64,000 nucleotides of DNA from Eledone cirrhosa (lineage: Eukaryota), in NCBI GenBank assembly GCA_964016885.1, contig OZ024740.1:99014001-99078000 (forward strand), given 5' to 3'. Numbering within the stretch: position 1 is the stretch's first letter; each line of letters starts with the position of its first letter. The position numbers and the translations under genes were made by a program. Positions 60,137 through 64,000 of this stretch are shown piece after piece. The notes below the pieces were generated by a model. That model did not search any database, was not told the DNA's origin, and was given only the letters and a program-made list of their open reading frames with translations.

Positions 60137-60228
60137 TAATTGCCTTATGTTGTTTATTACATAACTATTAAGCCCTGTTACCTACATAGAGCACTCTTCT
60201 TTCCTGGACTTTTCCGACGGAATTACTT

Positions 60229-60265
<37 letters not shown>

Positions 60266-60297
60266 GAAAAGTGTAATTTTCTACACAAAACGAAGGT

Positions 60298-60929
60298 TAT
60301 AGAGAAAATTGAGGTTGGTAATGGCACATGGAATATATAAGAGACAGAATACTTTTTTGTGAAAAAACATAATTTTATAAGGTAAGGAAATAATAAAGGG
60401 TATAAAAAATGACCGGTTTCGATGGGTCTGCAAAAGCCATATTTTCAAATGTTGATTAATATTAAGAAAAATTAATAATACGAAGAGTTAAAATTTGAGA
60501 CTTGAAAATTCAAGTATAAAATTCATTGTGGGATTTCATAGCAGTTTTCATCTAGGTAGCAACAACAGGTTGACTGCTGTGTCCCTTTCTGGTAGTGAAT
60601 GAGAAGTTATTTGGGGTGTGGGTTATTTTATAACACATCCATGTTAAACCCTGCACGTGCACACACGTATATCTATATATATATGCGCACACAGAATTAT
60701 TTTAATTTCACTGCCCCAACTTCTTATATTATGGAAATATATGTGTCTGTATGTATATATATATATATATATTTGAAGGCCATTTCTCTGTGTGTGGGTG
60801 TATGTATGTGTGTGTGTGTGTGTGTGAGTATGTGTGTGCATGTGGATGTATGTATTGTGTGTGTGTGTGTGTGTGTATGTATGTGGGTATCTGGATGTAT
60901 GCGTATGTGTATATATATATATATATGCA

Positions 60930-60961
<32 letters not shown>

Positions 60962-61056
60962 TGTGTGTATGTGTGTATATATATGTGTGTGTGTGTGTGT
61001 GTGTATGTTTGTATGTGTGTATGTATATATATATATGTGTGTATGTATGTGTGGGG

Positions 61057-61150
<94 letters not shown>

Positions 61151-61181
61151 GTGTATCTGGATGTATGTGTATGTATATATA

Positions 61182-61244
<63 letters not shown>

Positions 61245-61313
61245 ATGTGTATATATATGTGTGTGTGTGTGTATGTGTGTATGTATATGTATGTGTGTGT
61301 GTATGTATGTGTG

Positions 61314-61356
<43 letters not shown>

Positions 61357-61783
61357 GTATGTGTATGTATGTGTGGATGAAGGTATATGTGTGTGTATAT
61401 TGCTTCCACCCCCTCACTGACCAGCAGCTGGCTATTGCTAAATCTGACCTTTATAAAATAACCCACACCCCAAATAACTTCTCATTCACTACCAGAAAGG
61501 GACACAGCAGTCAACCTGTTGTTGCTACCTAGATGAAAACTGCTATGAAATCCCACAATGAATTTTATACTTGAATTTTCAAGTCTCAAATTTTAACTCT
61601 TCGTATTATTAATTTTTCTTAATATTAATCAACATTTGAAAAGATGGCTTTTGCAGACCCATCGAAACCGGTCATTTTTTATACCCTTTATTATTTCCTT
61701 ACCTTATAAAATTATGTTTTTTCACAAAAAAGTATTCTGTCTCTTATATATTCCATGTGCCATTACCAACCTCAATTTTCTCT
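60298..61783. repeat. ~335-bp near-perfect inverted arms around an ~800-bp TG/TA microsatellite spacer
   Basis: 60298-60632 is the reverse complement of 61450-61783; hammerhead H16 lies in each arm (60406-60453 -, 61631-61678 +). Confidence 0.9.
61631..61678 (+). ncRNA. hammerhead H16 (U3-A8 core)
   Basis: aacat TTGAAAA gatgg-cttttgcagac-ccatc GAAA ccgg TC atttt; one mismatch in stem I. Confidence 0.65.
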
Positions 61784-61784
61784 C

Positions 61785-61825
<41 letters not shown>

Positions 61826-61949
61826 TAATATATATATTTATTAAAATAACAGAATAAAGCAAATAATCGCTGCTTTCACCCTTAACGGGATCTTCTGAAA
61901 CTCATTTATTATTATTAATACATAATACTTACATATATATATATTGTAT

Positions 61950-62057
<108 letters not shown>

Positions 62058-62074
62058 TATATAATATATATATA

Positions 62075-62125
<51 letters not shown>

Positions 62126-62128
62126 GTA

Positions 62129-62965
62129 CTAGCAGTAGTACCCGGCGTTGCACGGGATAAGGTATTTTGGAACGCGGGCTGCCAGCAGACCTAATCGTGG
62201 AATAACTACAGGCGTGGACAATATGTAAAGAAAATTAACCGAATACTCTGATGGCTGGATAATCTTTAAGATTGTCCTCGATGAACCAGGAAAAATGCTG
62301 GTTTTCACGTAATGCGGGCCCTAGGGGATCAAGAAAACGAATTTTTCTTCTGTGCATAATATGCCTTGAAATTTCGGGTAAATCGGCTAGACGTAACGCC
62401 TCAAAAAAGCCCTAAAAAGCTGAAAAAAATGAAGTTTTTTACCTAATGCGGGCCCTAGGCCATAAAAAAGTTGAATTTTGTTGCTCACGGTATGAAGAAG
62501 AAACTGACTAATACATACTTACTATTTCAAGGAATTCAGTCTGACGTAACGACTAAAAAAACCCTAAAAACCTGAATAAACGCAGTTTTTCAACTAATGC
62601 GGGCCCGAGGGGATCAAAAAGTTGAATTTTATGTGCCTAACACTCCCTGAAACATAAGTAATACACATGTAAAGTTTGAAAAAATACGGTTGGGTACTTC
62701 TCGAGATTTAGGAATTCAAACTCACAGACACACACACACACACACACACATATAGATATCCTCAGGCAAGTGACGTAATGCAGACAGCCAGACATACAGA
62801 CATATATTATAAGGGCGCTACGTTATATGTATGTATCTATATAAAAAGAGAAAGACTAAGAATTATAGAGAGAGATCGCTAAATTGCCTAATGCGGTCCC
62901 TTGGGCATTGAAAATTTGAAATCTTTTTTGCTCAGAACACACACTCCCTGAAACATAAGTACTAC
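62129..62965 (-). mobile_element. non-autonomous Helitron with internal ~135-150-bp repeats; 5' end uncertain
   Basis: Minus strand ends CCCGTGCAACGCCGGG-tactactg-CTAG|T, the same terminus type as at 3238; TAATGCGG(G/T)CC at about 62310, 62444, 62595 and 62889. Confidence 0.7.
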
Positions 62966-63127
62966 ATATATATATATATTATATTTGTATATATATATAT
63001 TTTATATTTGTATATATATATTTATATATAGTAATAATAATAAATTTGAAGACTAAAATCCAAAGAAGGCTCGATAAGAATAAATATATATCAAATAATA
63101 TAAGAACCGGAGAGCAAATATTTATTT

Positions 63128-63178
63128 AGTTTCAGAAGATCCCGTTAAGGGTGAAAGCAGCGATTCTTTGCTTAAACT
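63128..63178 (+). ncRNA. hammerhead H1 (CAGAAGA core); truncated inverse copy at 61857-61902
   Basis: agttt CAGAAGA tcccgttaagggt GAAA gca-gcgattctt-tgc TT aaact. Confidence 0.65.
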
Positions 63179-63239
63179 TTAATCTGTTATTTTATTAAAT
63201 AAATATATATATATATATATATATATGTGTGGGGGGGGG

Positions 63240-63800
63240 GTACATAATGTATACCCTTCTGTGCTACTCGACAAACTTGACTCCACAAATGAAGAAACCG
63301 TTACAGGATGCAAACCCTCCGAAATCAGCGATAAACTTCAAAACCTTTGCGATACTATCCAAACTATTTTCACTACTACCAACCCAGGAAAAACCAACGA
63401 AGAATCATGTGAGATAGATTCCTACAAAATGAAAAATCGAACAGTCCCAAAATGGAACAGCTCCCTCAGAGACAGAAAGTTCTCCTTCTGGAAGATGATA
63501 CAAAATCACAACAAAGCGGAGATATATGAAAAATGGCTTAACTCAACCTCTCTAACTCTCCCCCGTAAAATTCAAATAAAATCCATTCCAAATGAACCCG
63601 ACCCTCAAAGACGCCTTAGGGAAAGAATGACATTGGAAAAAATGAAGACCGAAATTGAACTTCTTAAATAGAGGGCCCAGACAAATGAGGAACAAATCAA
63701 AACCATCGATGAAGAGATCCTCCTTGAAATCAACAATAAGTCTGAAGGCCCAAACGTAGAGAACATCTCTGAGTTATGAAAAGAGGACTGCAACAGGGGG
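63240..63800 (+). pseudogene. unassigned coding-like fragment, probably a retroelement N-terminal region
   Basis: 148-aa non-repetitive ORF that continues in frame past stop codons; starts at a (TA)n edge like the PLE fragments; no motif recognised. Confidence 0.35.
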
Positions 63801-64000
63801 ACAGGAAGGTAATTTCCATTTTCTCAACTCTCACTTCCATAATACACAACAAACCCACACCACATGATACAACCAACAACGTAGGCCACCTATAACATCA
63901 CAATCCAACATGGCACATAGACACACACAGCCAGACTCGCAATACAGGAACACCCCATTCAATCCACAACTACGAACCCGAACCACATTTTACAACAAGT

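Larger units (their letters stand above)
53802..60161. repeat. outer inverted pLTR pair (53802-54590 / 59438-60161)
   Basis: Arms are reverse complements, including their microsatellite texture; each carries hammerhead H15. Confidence 0.88.

Overview
AT-rich animal genomic DNA made almost entirely of transposable elements and (TA)n/(CA)n microsatellites. The repeat families look like octopus/cephalopod DNA (inference from memory, not from a search). I found no host protein-coding gene, and most ORFs in the track are microsatellite artefacts. The window has two zones. Positions 1-18 kb hold SINEs, a Helitron, a near-full-length but disrupted R4/Dong-type LINE, and RTE and Tx1 remnants. Positions 18-64 kb are a dense nest of Penelope-like retroelement (PLE) fragments whose ends sit in (TA)n arrays, mostly as tail-outward inverted pairs. 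The main signal outside the ORF track is RNA structure. By eye I count about 30 type-I hammerhead ribozyme motifs from about 16 unrelated sequence families, all between 18.2 and 63.2 kb. Most have a minimal palindromic stem III. Several carry recurrent non-canonical cores: U3-A8 instead of C3-G8 in five families, plus U4A, U4C and A13C. A degenerate HDV-like ribozyme candidate lies at about 58.0 kb. PLE-associated minimal hammerheads are a known class; the density and the core variants are the parts worth testing. All folds were assigned manually and element boundaries are approximate.
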